IMG/VR virus record: IMGVR_UViG_3300038412_000083
Span: 10,051 to 74,050 of that record
DNA from: a virus
Taxonomy: Duplodnaviria > Caudoviricetes
Direction: 5' to 3' (one strand)
Length of the DNA stretch: 64,000 nt
In this document: positions 20,401 through 28,799 of the stretch, piece by piece
Layout: every line of letters begins with the position of its first letter
Numbering within the stretch: the first letter of the stretch is position 1
Made by a program: the position numbers and the translations under genes
The notes under the pieces: model-generated
What the model was told of the DNA's origin: nothing
Databases searched by the model: none
Seen by the model: the letters and a program-made list of their open reading frames with translations, nothing else

Positions 20401-23400
20401 GCCACCGTTGGCCGCCTTATATTTTCTTGTCAGGGCTTCAAGAGTGTAATCCTGTTTGATTAATAGTTGTCTTGCGCGACCTACGTCACTCCATTCCCTA
20501 CCTAACCTTCTTGCAGCAAGATCATTGTTTTCAAGCAACATTTCGTTTTGGGCACGTTTACCCATCCACATAGCTTCGGCTTTCTTATCTCCTTTCTCTC
20601 TGGCCTCTGTCAATCCATTGTCTATCTCAGCACCTTTTTGTTGAAGTGTATTACGATCGTACAGTAAAGCATGGTGCATTTCTGTTACCGATAGGTTTGT
20701 ATGAAAATCATCAAAACCACTTGCAAGGGAGGCACTTAAATCCCTGATATGTTCCAGTGAAATATCGCCACTTTCAATACGTGCTTTTGTTTTGTCAAAG
20801 GCATCCATTGTACCATCACCAGTACTCTTTAAAGGTTGTTTACCCTGTTGGGCACGTTCATCATCTACTATCTGGTTTTTAATGGAAGTATATTTATTTT
20901 CCGGTGACAGTAGTTGCTTTATCTGATCATCCTTGTAACCTAAATCTTTGAGAGTATCTTTAATTTCATCGTCCGAATAATCGAGATCCTTTAACTGTTG
21001 TATTCTATCGGGAATGCTATTGCCTTTATCGGCTTTGTCACTGCCACCATTACCTTTATCCACTACCTTTTTTAGCGATTCTGTATCGCCTGTATCGAAG
21101 GCTTTTTTAATATCGGTAGCGAAGGATTTAAAATCATACTGTTGCCCGAAACGTATCTTTAATCCAAGTTTTTCAAGTATCTTATTTAACAGGTCAATGA
21201 TAACCCCTTTCTTTGCCGGAGGTATATCTTCCAATTTAATATTACCTTCTGATATTTGTGTTAGAAGTTCTGTTATCCCTTCGGCGGCAGGGTGTTCATT
21301 AACGCCGTAATTTAAAGTGTGGTGAAGTACTGCATCAAACCCTTCTACACCTTGCATTTGTTGAGCAAGGTCATTCCATAAAGGATTTAGTTCTTCGGGG
21401 TGTTCGCCTACCACTTCATCAACAATAGGATGTATTACTTCATGGAAAGCTGTTCGGCCAGAACCATCTTCACGTAACTTTTGAAGATCGAGCATGATAG
21501 TTCTATTACCTTCAGCATCTACTTTTGATACGCCCCTTGAATCGCGGGGGCCACCGTTAGCAACATAGTCAGAAGTCTTATCGTAAGTTTCAAATTTAGC
21601 TTCGGGGAATAAAGATGATAAAACAGATTTAGCCCTTGATACGTACTGTTCAATAGGCATTTTGCCGTTATCAGTATTTATTTCTGCATTATTTGTTTGT
21701 TTACTGTTATTATCTTCCGGATAAATAACTTTATTTTTATCTAATACTAAAATTTCGTTTTTATAAGCAGCACTATGTTTATCAACTATTGCATCAAATC
21801 CTAATTCTTTCGCTGCATCTGAAATATATTTTGAAGGTAATTCTGAATAATCCCAATATTGCTTATAACCATTATCATCTTCTGTAAAATTGTGTTTTTT
21901 ATTGTAATCATTGATAGCGTTTTTTTCCGCTAAATCAGTAACATTCGCCCAATCTTTTGTATTGGTATAAACCGGGTTTTCAATGTTTAATTTTGCCTCA
22001 GTAACATGGTTTCCAAATTCATTAACTGCCTTATCCTTTTCTGTTGTAAAATAAATTCCTTTACCAAATTGAGTTGCATCATTTTCTTCTAATTTCCCAA
22101 CTCTTTTTTTATTTGAGGCGTGATAAAAAGTGTCTTGTTCTCCTAATTTAAACATCTTACTACTCTTATCCAATTTTTCATTACCAAGTATTTTATTTAC
22201 AGTTTCGGTATCTCCGGATAATATAGCTTTGGCTAAAGATTTTTTATCTTCGGTAGAAAGTTTTGCAACCTTTTCTTTTACTGGTTGGCCTTTATCACCT
22301 TGTTGTTGGCTGTCTGCTGGTTTTGACTTATCTGGTTCAGGTTTGGTGCTTTTATCGCCCCCTTCTGCATCGGTATTCCTACCCCCGCTTTTTGCATTGC
22401 CCTGTCCACTGCCAGATGATGTATTACCCTCTTTCTTACTTCCGGTGTCAGTGGTTTCAGCATTTGGTGAAGTTTTGCTACTTTCATGGTCTATTAATTG
22501 TTGTACGTATTCTGGTGTTGATTCAAACTCTGATTGTTTGTTAGCCTCATCTTCAAGCCACTTTTCTTCTGCAGCTACTTCTTTCTGGTGCTCGGCTTCC
22601 CAATGATCACGTTCTGCCTGATCGTGCATAGCCTGTATATGTTCAAGATGATAAGTGTTTACAAATTTAGTTGCTGCATCTTCCCTACTTCCATGCTCCT
22701 GCAAGGTACTGATTATTTTATTTCTTATCTCATGATCATTTGTGCCGTCGCCCCAACCTTCCGCAAGTTGTGAAACTGTCGGATATAGTTTACCGTTTTC
22801 ATCGGTAGCTTTTACAAGTGTATTATCTTTAACGTCCGAAGCTTGAGTGCCCTGTTCTCCATAACCGGCTCTTTTCTTATGTACAACTTCAGTGCTAAAA
22901 CTATCAGGATGAACTTTACCACCACCTGCGAAGTATTGTAATATCTTCCCTTCGACATCGGTAGGCTCATCTACTTCATTAACCATTTTATAAAGCCTTG
23001 TTCTGCCTGATCTGCCACCAAACCCTTCCGTTAAATCCTGCTGTCTGGTATCTTCAAGTTCTAACTGTTTGGCTTGTTCTCTTTCGGCTTTTGCACGCTG
23101 TTTAGCTGCTGCAAGGTTTTCAGCCTGTCCTCTTTTGACATCAGCATTAGCTTGACTTTTTCTTTGCTTTTCAAGTTTGCCATAATATTTGTTTAAATCT
23201 TTATCAAATTTATCTAACATTTTCGTAGCATCGGCTTTTTCTTTGTCGCTGCTATCGCTTTCTGCTATTTTTTGTCGTGCCTGATCTGCCCATTCACTTG
23301 AACGGATTACCATTGCTTGCGTTTCTTCCGGTGCAAGGGCTTCAATCTTATTGTCCATTGCGGCAAAAGTATCAGCTACTTCTTCCGGCATTGAATCTAT

Positions 23401-26400
23401 AATATCGTTTGCTTTCTGTCCTAAAGATTTCTTTGCTATATCATTTACTACCTGTTGGTGTACGGCATAGTCCGGAGGTTCAAGCTTACTTTCAAAATCA
23501 TGTTGGTTTTTAGCAATAGCAACATCGAGTGCTAATTCTTTATCTCTGAAAGTTCTATCCTGTCCGTCACTGTTTGTAAGGGTTACAGAAGCTAAATTAC
23601 CGTTATTGTCTTTATTGAATGATTCACCGTTTGGTTTAAGGGTAAAATCTTCACCATCAATATTTACGTTATCGCCTTTTACCTCTACTTTTGGGGCAGG
23701 TTTTATACCGTAATCAGAAGCATTTGAGTTATTGAATTTTTCATCGGTAGTCTTTCCTAAAAGCGTTTCTTTTGTGCCGTTGTCAAATAACACATTATTT
23801 TCTTCATCGGTTCTCAGTTTTCCTCTTTCATCATTCATTACTACATCGCTGTTAGTAAGATCAGAAATAACCGGAGAACTTACGGGTTCAGCCGGCTTTT
23901 CTGCTGCACTTACGGGCGCAGTTTTTTCAATAGGTTTTTCAACGGGCTTTTCACTAACTTTCGCTTCTGGGATTACAGGAGCTACAGGGTTTAATATTTG
24001 TTCTCTTTGGCCTTGTAATTCTTTAATCTTCCCATCGTAGAATTTAAATAATACCTTGTCATCCTTAACGCCTGTTTTCTTAGCTTCCAAAGCGTATTCC
24101 TGTAATCTGTTATTTACCCATGTTACAGCCTGATCGTGTGTTAATGGCTGTCCGGTTGAAGGATTGCTTTGTGGAGTTTCATTTAAAATCTTTGAACCTA
24201 CATTTATTACTTCGGCTCTTTTCGCATATTCATCGGGTGTTATTAATCCTGCATCCTGAGCTTTCCCTAAGTCAGATAAGGTACGTTGAGGATTAGCAAA
24301 AGCATCATACATTGACTGTTTTCTGAAATTGCTGGCATTCATACCTCCTAACAAGTTAATGCCAAAAATACCAGGCATTAAAGACGTAGGAAGTGTTTCC
24401 CATTCATCAGCTATTTCGGAAGGTACATTTGCCCAATCTTCTGAGCTATTTTTATTGTTGGCAATAACACTTTGAGAAATATGTTTTAATAGTACACCTG
24501 CTGTTTGCATGGCGCCAAACTTACCGGCTTCCTCAGTTGTGTTTTTAGCTGATTCAAGAATATTGGCAAGAGGCTTTTGTAAGTATTTTTTAAGATTGGT
24601 ATTCAATGTTTCACTGCTTAATCCTTGCAGGTCCGAAGGCAAATCTTTTATCACATCGGTAAGTTCTGTTTTACCTGCTGTAAGCGCATCACCATACTTC
24701 CCTATCGGTAAATGGAAAACTGCTGCATCTATTAAAGAACCTAACATTGCAGATACGTTTCTCTTACCTTCGTCTCCCGGATTATCACCAATTATTTGAC
24801 GTGCCTTTTGATAGTTAGGTTCATAAGATGAGGCGAATACCGTAGCATCCGTTCCTATATGATTAGCAAGTGCTGTTGAGGCCGCATCGGTCATTCCCGG
24901 CGCTGCATCAGCTAATACGTTTTCAGCTACCTTACCCACATTATTAGCCGTTAGAACAAATGAAGCAAGACTACCAATTCCCTTCATTACATTGCCTGCG
25001 GTAATAGATGATTGAGGTAGTACCTTATTCGCCAATGCTTCACTTTCAGGATTGTCAAGATTGAAGTTCTTGTTTAAATTAGTCTGTCCTTGCTGAATAT
25101 CCTGATTTAAAACATCTTTATCTACTCCTAACGTATTTCCTCCCATTCTTTCTATACCACCTGCCATATTTGAAAAAGTTCCCATAAAGCCAGAAAGAAG
25201 TTTTCCGGCCATATCTTTAGGTAAATTATCAGGCCATGAGATATTTTTTGCCACTGCATCAGGTACGTCAATACCGTCTTTTTTCATATCAGATATGTAC
25301 TCTGATAATGATTTTGGATATATCCCGGTATTTATTTCCAACGGAGTTAAATGTTTGGCAATATATTCGCCTATCTTATCGCTCCAAAGCTGTCTTAAGG
25401 CTTCCGGGTGCCTTTGTAATATCGTTGCTTTCTGATTTTGTAGATTAGCAAGTTGTTGTAAATATTGCGGATTTTGCGGATCGTTGTCGTTCTGAGCGTT
25501 TAAAGTAGTTATCTGTGCATCAATTCCGGCATTTTCTGTATTTACTTGCTGAATAGGGTTTATAGGAATCCCCTTAGCCATCAAACGTGCCTGTTGTGCC
25601 GCTTGTGGATCACCCATTGATTGACCTAAGATAAGTCCTGTCTTTACCGGATCACCACCCCCTTCAAGCCCTGCATGAATAGAATTATAATGATATACTT
25701 GCTGAGTTAAAGCCTGTTGTTCATCTTTCAGTTTGGCTATTGCCCCACCCATTACACCCCTTTTCTCACTAGCTTCCATTTGGTTAATCTGGTTCTGCAA
25801 AAGATCATTCTTTTGTTTATAGTAACCACTGAGCAAGTCTTTGTTACCTAATATTTGGTTAGGATCAGTGCCAGGGAAATCAGTTTCAATAGATTTTGTA
25901 AGATCGAAAGGTTGGTCATCTGTTTTTATTTGCGCCTGTTTAGTTACCGGCTCTGCCTTAACTGAATTATTAGCGTTCTGTTGTATTTCCTGTACCTGCT
26001 TTTGAACTACTTGTTTAGGTACGTTCGCCTGTGCAGATAAATTATCTTGTGCCGATTGATTACCTAATACGTTAGCCCTTGATTGGCTCATGAAAGTATT
26101 CGGATCAAAAGCGGCTGGCTGTGATGCGGATTGACTTGACGAAGGTGTAGCAGCGTCGGAAGAAGGTGATGATTCTGTTAAGTCTGCCGGTGCGGCTACG
26201 TACTGAGTTGGGGTAGAAGTTCCTAAAGAATTTTTTTTTTGAGGTACAACTGAATTATTAAACTCTTCCGGTGTTTTATCAAATCCTTGTAAGTTATCTT
26301 TCAAGGCAGCATAAACCCTACTTCTGTAATCAGGGTCTTGCATAGAATCAAGAAACTGTCCCGGTGTTTTATCAAAACCCTGTAAATTGTCTTTAAGGGC

Positions 26401-26442
26401 ACTATAAACTCTGCTTGTATAGTCTAATTTAGGATCAGTCAT
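17470..26442 (-). CDS. Giant polyvalent internal virion (ejection) protein with ADP-ribosyltransferase-like and zincin HExxH domains
   Basis: 2990 aa; duplicated 31-aa N-terminal motif (SRVYxALKDNLQGFDKTP); FYHAS...GKGIYFT...NEILV; FHEVIH...EGITE; long coiled coils; last of three ejection-type genes. Confidence 0.7.
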   Translation of the reverse strand: MTDPKLDYTSRVYSALKDNLQGFDKTPGQFLDSMQDPDYRSRVYAALKDNLQGFDKTPEEFNNSVVPQKKNSLGTSTPTQYVAAPADLTESSPSSDAATPSSSQSASQPAAFDPNTFMSQSRANVLGNQSAQDNLSAQANVPKQVVQKQVQEIQQNANNSVKAEPVTKQAQIKTDDQPFDLTKSIETDFPGTDPNQILGNKDLLSGYYKQKNDLLQNQINQMEASEKRGVMGGAIAKLKDEQQALTQQVYHYNSIHAGLEGGGDPVKTGLILGQSMGDPQAAQQARLMAKGIPINPIQQVNTENAGIDAQITTLNAQNDNDPQNPQYLQQLANLQNQKATILQRHPEALRQLWSDKIGEYIAKHLTPLEINTGIYPKSLSEYISDMKKDGIDVPDAVAKNISWPDNLPKDMAGKLLSGFMGTFSNMAGGIERMGGNTLGVDKDVLNQDIQQGQTNLNKNFNLDNPESEALANKVLPQSSITAGNVMKGIGSLASFVLTANNVGKVAENVLADAAPGMTDAASTALANHIGTDATVFASSYEPNYQKARQIIGDNPGDEGKRNVSAMLGSLIDAAVFHLPIGKYGDALTAGKTELTDVIKDLPSDLQGLSSETLNTNLKKYLQKPLANILESAKNTTEEAGKFGAMQTAGVLLKHISQSVIANNKNSSEDWANVPSEIADEWETLPTSLMPGIFGINLLGGMNASNFRKQSMYDAFANPQRTLSDLGKAQDAGLITPDEYAKRAEVINVGSKILNETPQSNPSTGQPLTHDQAVTWVNNRLQEYALEAKKTGVKDDKVLFKFYDGKIKELQGQREQILNPVAPVIPEAKVSEKPVEKPIEKTAPVSAAEKPAEPVSSPVISDLTNSDVVMNDERGKLRTDEENNVLFDNGTKETLLGKTTDEKFNNSNASDYGIKPAPKVEVKGDNVNIDGEDFTLKPNGESFNKDNNGNLASVTLTNSDGQDRTFRDKELALDVAIAKNQHDFESKLEPPDYAVHQQVVNDIAKKSLGQKANDIIDSMPEEVADTFAAMDNKIEALAPEETQAMVIRSSEWADQARQKIAESDSSDKEKADATKMLDKFDKDLNKYYGKLEKQRKSQANADVKRGQAENLAAAKQRAKAEREQAKQLELEDTRQQDLTEGFGGRSGRTRLYKMVNEVDEPTDVEGKILQYFAGGGKVHPDSFSTEVVHKKRAGYGEQGTQASDVKDNTLVKATDENGKLYPTVSQLAEGWGDGTNDHEIRNKIISTLQEHGSREDAATKFVNTYHLEHIQAMHDQAERDHWEAEHQKEVAAEEKWLEDEANKQSEFESTPEYVQQLIDHESSKTSPNAETTDTGSKKEGNTSSGSGQGNAKSGGRNTDAEGGDKSTKPEPDKSKPADSQQQGDKGQPVKEKVAKLSTEDKKSLAKAILSGDTETVNKILGNEKLDKSSKMFKLGEQDTFYHASNKKRVGKLEENDATQFGKGIYFTTEKDKAVNEFGNHVTEAKLNIENPVYTNTKDWANVTDLAEKNAINDYNKKHNFTEDDNGYKQYWDYSELPSKYISDAAKELGFDAIVDKHSAAYKNEILVLDKNKVIYPEDNNSKQTNNAEINTDNGKMPIEQYVSRAKSVLSSLFPEAKFETYDKTSDYVANGGPRDSRGVSKVDAEGNRTIMLDLQKLREDGSGRTAFHEVIHPIVDEVVGEHPEELNPLWNDLAQQMQGVEGFDAVLHHTLNYGVNEHPAAEGITELLTQISEGNIKLEDIPPAKKGVIIDLLNKILEKLGLKIRFGQQYDFKSFATDIKKAFDTGDTESLKKVVDKGNGGSDKADKGNSIPDRIQQLKDLDYSDDEIKDTLKDLGYKDDQIKQLLSPENKYTSIKNQIVDDERAQQGKQPLKSTGDGTMDAFDKTKARIESGDISLEHIRDLSASLASGFDDFHTNLSVTEMHHALLYDRNTLQQKGAEIDNGLTEAREKGDKKAEAMWMGKRAQNEMLLENNDLAARRLGREWSDVGRARQLLIKQDYTLEALTRKYKAANGGDIPEHVKDKLRDLAKQVESKDLSIQDMQSKQAEAEKEISDLKLLIEGEKENRKNNADQQGALDNLAKEVKSQVKSQGKRTIEKIKFERENIKASLKNKWQNHIKGGSAGMNNIIPLDMVPDLVKLAKSYIEEGLAVGKEAILDKIIDRVHKDVVDALGNPDIDKTSVRDAITGYGKIKKPNDNPVEKAFRDITAQGRLVSSIELANKGENPLKSGAQRDKPTPEQRRLQKELNKAIKDNNIQVKSPEEQIKTSLDAAKTRLKNQIEDLSDAIDRNEKIVKDRKGIEYDQEANDLKAQRDDLRDEYDKVFGTNKELTDEDRIERASKAVQKSIDKLTERISNKDFSQNKKTDLKSESLDALKKKREDLKNVYNKLMDAEGETNRRKLEAMKKNIAKRTAYLKEIRDTNNLDKLLADRVKKKTVLDAEALKLRAEQQKVKNDVDNMIGIREFNNMGALGKAIHWGNRFVNGVLISNPVILARIIGSVIGRATFKAPTEAVKYGVSKMFPELAKGAHTEAITTRHDLAEHIATFYSTLFSKENFQDMKFAFKNHNTKEDLTLGRNYKKLPIPDIKVTGMKTFIQNSFFQTMKVLDKNASLHGAEKSLVSLPEYRAYQKTIGANLIREGVKPEELGNATLQEAINQRAFRKSLRAKFMQDNFVTKLQGDMEEGLRRRGMPNGAELVKGLAPITKISSNYISEALTKMPVVGMTAAYKPIFKIFSNALGKDSPLSENEKSVLLRTLTFQGVGALTYALGYALHSHFNPFYQSSASKYAQQKQGDEESPWLKLYETLSHFPDALVFNAGVSHGWVWDKYDQEHPGEASMSTFMGSLPNVLAENARSVGSSSPYLQSASTVINPLVTGKGLGKAAANFIKARTPFSTTSSEIAQGQIPVLNKFGIKSGHEEKVKPYEVGIYPKTFMDNIKMGVPGWRQEVLKKLLAEKEAKKPHETNLEKHDAKIKAHEKAIKTAEFKQQIGE

Positions 26443-26444
26443 AA

Positions 26445-28025
26445 TTACAAGTTGTAATCTTTAGCATTTTTGCCTCCTTTAGCATCAGGAAGTTTGTAGT
26501 TCTGCTTATTCTTAATAGACGTTTTTGAGTTCTGTAATTTAATATCAGAATTTGTCCTGCTATTCACATCAAACCATTGTCCTGATTTTGTCATTACTCC
26601 CGTAACCTGCCCATTTTCTATCTTTACCTTTACCTGATTTGTAGGATCAAAGGTTGTAGGGTCAATCTCATTTTTAATATCGTTATGTGGTGACCATTTG
26701 GCTACTGCATCTCTTACTGATAAAGGGAGGTTTGAAATAGGTATAGTTCCTGTCATTTCACCACCATTATATTTAGGTGTACCGTATAAGGGCGCAAATG
26801 CACCTCTCTTTGCAGGTTGAAATTGTCCGTTTGTGATAGTTCCCTTTACACCGTTATCTCCAACAAAAGGAGTATTAGAAATGTCGCTGAATGACGCTTG
26901 TGTTTCATCATTTTTATTACCTGCTGCAGCACCACCACTTCCGGGCATTGGATAACCCAATTCTATTTTAGTCAAGGCCTCAGATTTATTGACACTCTGT
27001 TTATCACTTATTGATTTTGCTCCCCAATCTTTTGTCATCTGGTAAGCCATGATACGCTTTGCATTCTCAAAGGCCGGAGTACCGGGAGCCACCGATACGT
27101 TAGGTGAATGTTGCGCTAAATAGTGCATCGTAGCAACATCTAATTGAGCTTTCATTCCTGGAGTTGATTGCATTGTATCAATAGAACTTTGTGGCAACGC
27201 ATCTATCTGAACTTGTTTCCCGTTTGCATCGGTTGTTGTGATAGGATCAGAAAGTGTTGATACATGGTACGCCCCTTTATCATCTCTAACTAAATTTTGC
27301 AATCCATCAAGCCATGTAGCTTTGAAATCGTTTTTACTCTTAACACCGGGAGATGTGTAGTGCTCGCCTGATAGTTCCTGACTTACAGGAGTGAACGCTT
27401 TTTTATAACCTTGCCAATCAACATTACCCGGCATCACTAACTGAGGATTGTTTTGTAAAACATCGGCAGCGTAATTATGGCTTGGGTCAAGTTGTGAAAG
27501 TTCATCATTGCTTTTCAATACAAGTTTACCAGTAGCCGGATCTTTCTTATAAAGAACATTTAACTCTGTATTCTTAGCAAGAGCGCCATAGTAAGGCGCC
27601 AATGTTTTATCAGCCTTATAACCTTCCAAAGAAGTATTGATATTGTTTTGTAACGCTGTTCCTAACTGATAGGTTTGTCGTAATCCACCTACCTCTTGAT
27701 TAGCCGCAGCTTCTATATCCTGATCACTGGCCCCGCTATTTATTAAATCAGAAACTCTTTTTAGTGAATCACCGGACATCTGAGTTATACGCTGGTTTAA
27801 ATCATTTTGGGTATTGTAGTTGGAGGGATCAAATTCCTTCCCGTAATATTTTTGTAGAGCGAATTTATGAGCAGCATCCGCTTGTTGTTGAGCATCTGCT
27901 TGATCTTGCCGAGCCTGATTTTGCTGATCTAGCATCCTAACAAGATTATTTCTGTTAGTTTCACCTAAATCACCATAGGTAACTGCGTACCCTGCGTTCT
28001 GTGCTCCTGATCCTGGTGCTCCCAT
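26445..28025 (-). CDS. Internal virion/ejection protein
   Basis: 526 aa, A/Q/G-rich N-terminus, between the small and the giant ejection-type genes. Confidence 0.55.
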   Translation of the reverse strand: MGAPGSGAQNAGYAVTYGDLGETNRNNLVRMLDQQNQARQDQADAQQQADAAHKFALQKYYGKEFDPSNYNTQNDLNQRITQMSGDSLKRVSDLINSGASDQDIEAAANQEVGGLRQTYQLGTALQNNINTSLEGYKADKTLAPYYGALAKNTELNVLYKKDPATGKLVLKSNDELSQLDPSHNYAADVLQNNPQLVMPGNVDWQGYKKAFTPVSQELSGEHYTSPGVKSKNDFKATWLDGLQNLVRDDKGAYHVSTLSDPITTTDANGKQVQIDALPQSSIDTMQSTPGMKAQLDVATMHYLAQHSPNVSVAPGTPAFENAKRIMAYQMTKDWGAKSISDKQSVNKSEALTKIELGYPMPGSGGAAAGNKNDETQASFSDISNTPFVGDNGVKGTITNGQFQPAKRGAFAPLYGTPKYNGGEMTGTIPISNLPLSVRDAVAKWSPHNDIKNEIDPTTFDPTNQVKVKIENGQVTGVMTKSGQWFDVNSRTNSDIKLQNSKTSIKNKQNYKLPDAKGGKNAKDYNL

Positions 28026-28027
28026 GT

Positions 28028-28729
28028 TTATTTTATAAATGGATTAATATAACTACCACCGTTTAATTGACCGGGCTGTATGTAATTCCCTACCTGTCCG
28101 ACATTTTGAACCATTGGCGTAATTCCCATACTACCCATTTGACCACCCCCACCACCGCCAAAACTACCGCCTTGCGCCATTTGCCCCGCACCAACAAGAG
28201 CATTAGAAAAACTATCCATCATTCCCCCTTTATTATTCCATGCAGCATTTTGAAGCGCATTCTTAGCCTGTAAGTCGTTATTGTAATTCCTTAACTGATC
28301 TTGGTACATATTCATATTCTCCTGTGTCATTCCCTGATTAGCGGAAGATAAATAACCGAGTAAGTTTTGTTTGTTAGCAGCCTCTTGTTGTCCGAGTTGA
28401 TTGTAAGCGTTATTAGCGTTACCGTTTAATCCTGCCAGCATAGCAAGTGATTGTGAACCGTTGGTAGAGTTTCTGTCCACTCCCGCCATAGAGTTAGCGA
28501 AATTCCCTGCGATATTCTGTTGTTCATTTGCGGCCCCCGCCATACGCCCGTTCATCATCTGTTGAACAGTAGATAGTTGGTTTTGAGCATAAGGAGAGGT
28601 ATGATACACCGCATTTACAGGATGAATAGCATCTGCCATTTTTTGCTGCTTGTGGCCTTGAATACCTTTAAATACTCCATTGATTAAATTAGCGGCAGTA
28701 TTGGCTATATCTAAAAAAGGTAATCCCAT
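28028..28729 (-). CDS. Small internal virion/ejection protein
   Basis: 233 aa, A/N/Q/G-rich amphipathic composition typical of podovirus pilot proteins. Confidence 0.6.
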   Translation of the reverse strand: MGLPFLDIANTAANLINGVFKGIQGHKQQKMADAIHPVNAVYHTSPYAQNQLSTVQQMMNGRMAGAANEQQNIAGNFANSMAGVDRNSTNGSQSLAMLAGLNGNANNAYNQLGQQEAANKQNLLGYLSSANQGMTQENMNMYQDQLRNYNNDLQAKNALQNAAWNNKGGMMDSFSNALVGAGQMAQGGSFGGGGGGQMGSMGITPMVQNVGQVGNYIQPGQLNGGSYINPFIK

Positions 28730-28745
28730 ATTTTATTCGTTTGAA

Positions 28746-28799
28746 CAAAGTTAAAACGGAGGGTACATTATGTACCTAAAAAAGAGGGGAGAAATATTT
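28746..28799 (-). promoter_or_regulatory. Tripartite late promoter, copy 4
   Basis: AAATATTTCTCCCC, 9 nt, GGTACATAATGTACC (28776-28762), 8 nt, TAACTTTG. Confidence 0.85.

Noticed and set aside
400-25448. Plus-strand ORFs antisense to the late genes (e.g. 400, 8837, 17465, 18956, 22130, 23732)
   Set aside because: Shadow frames of long coding genes, with no motifs or independent expression signals.
17470-26442. Virion RNA polymerase (crAss- or N4-like) call for the giant protein
   Set aside because: No DxDxD catalytic motif or other RNAP motifs seen; ART-like and HExxH domains fit a polyvalent ejection protein.
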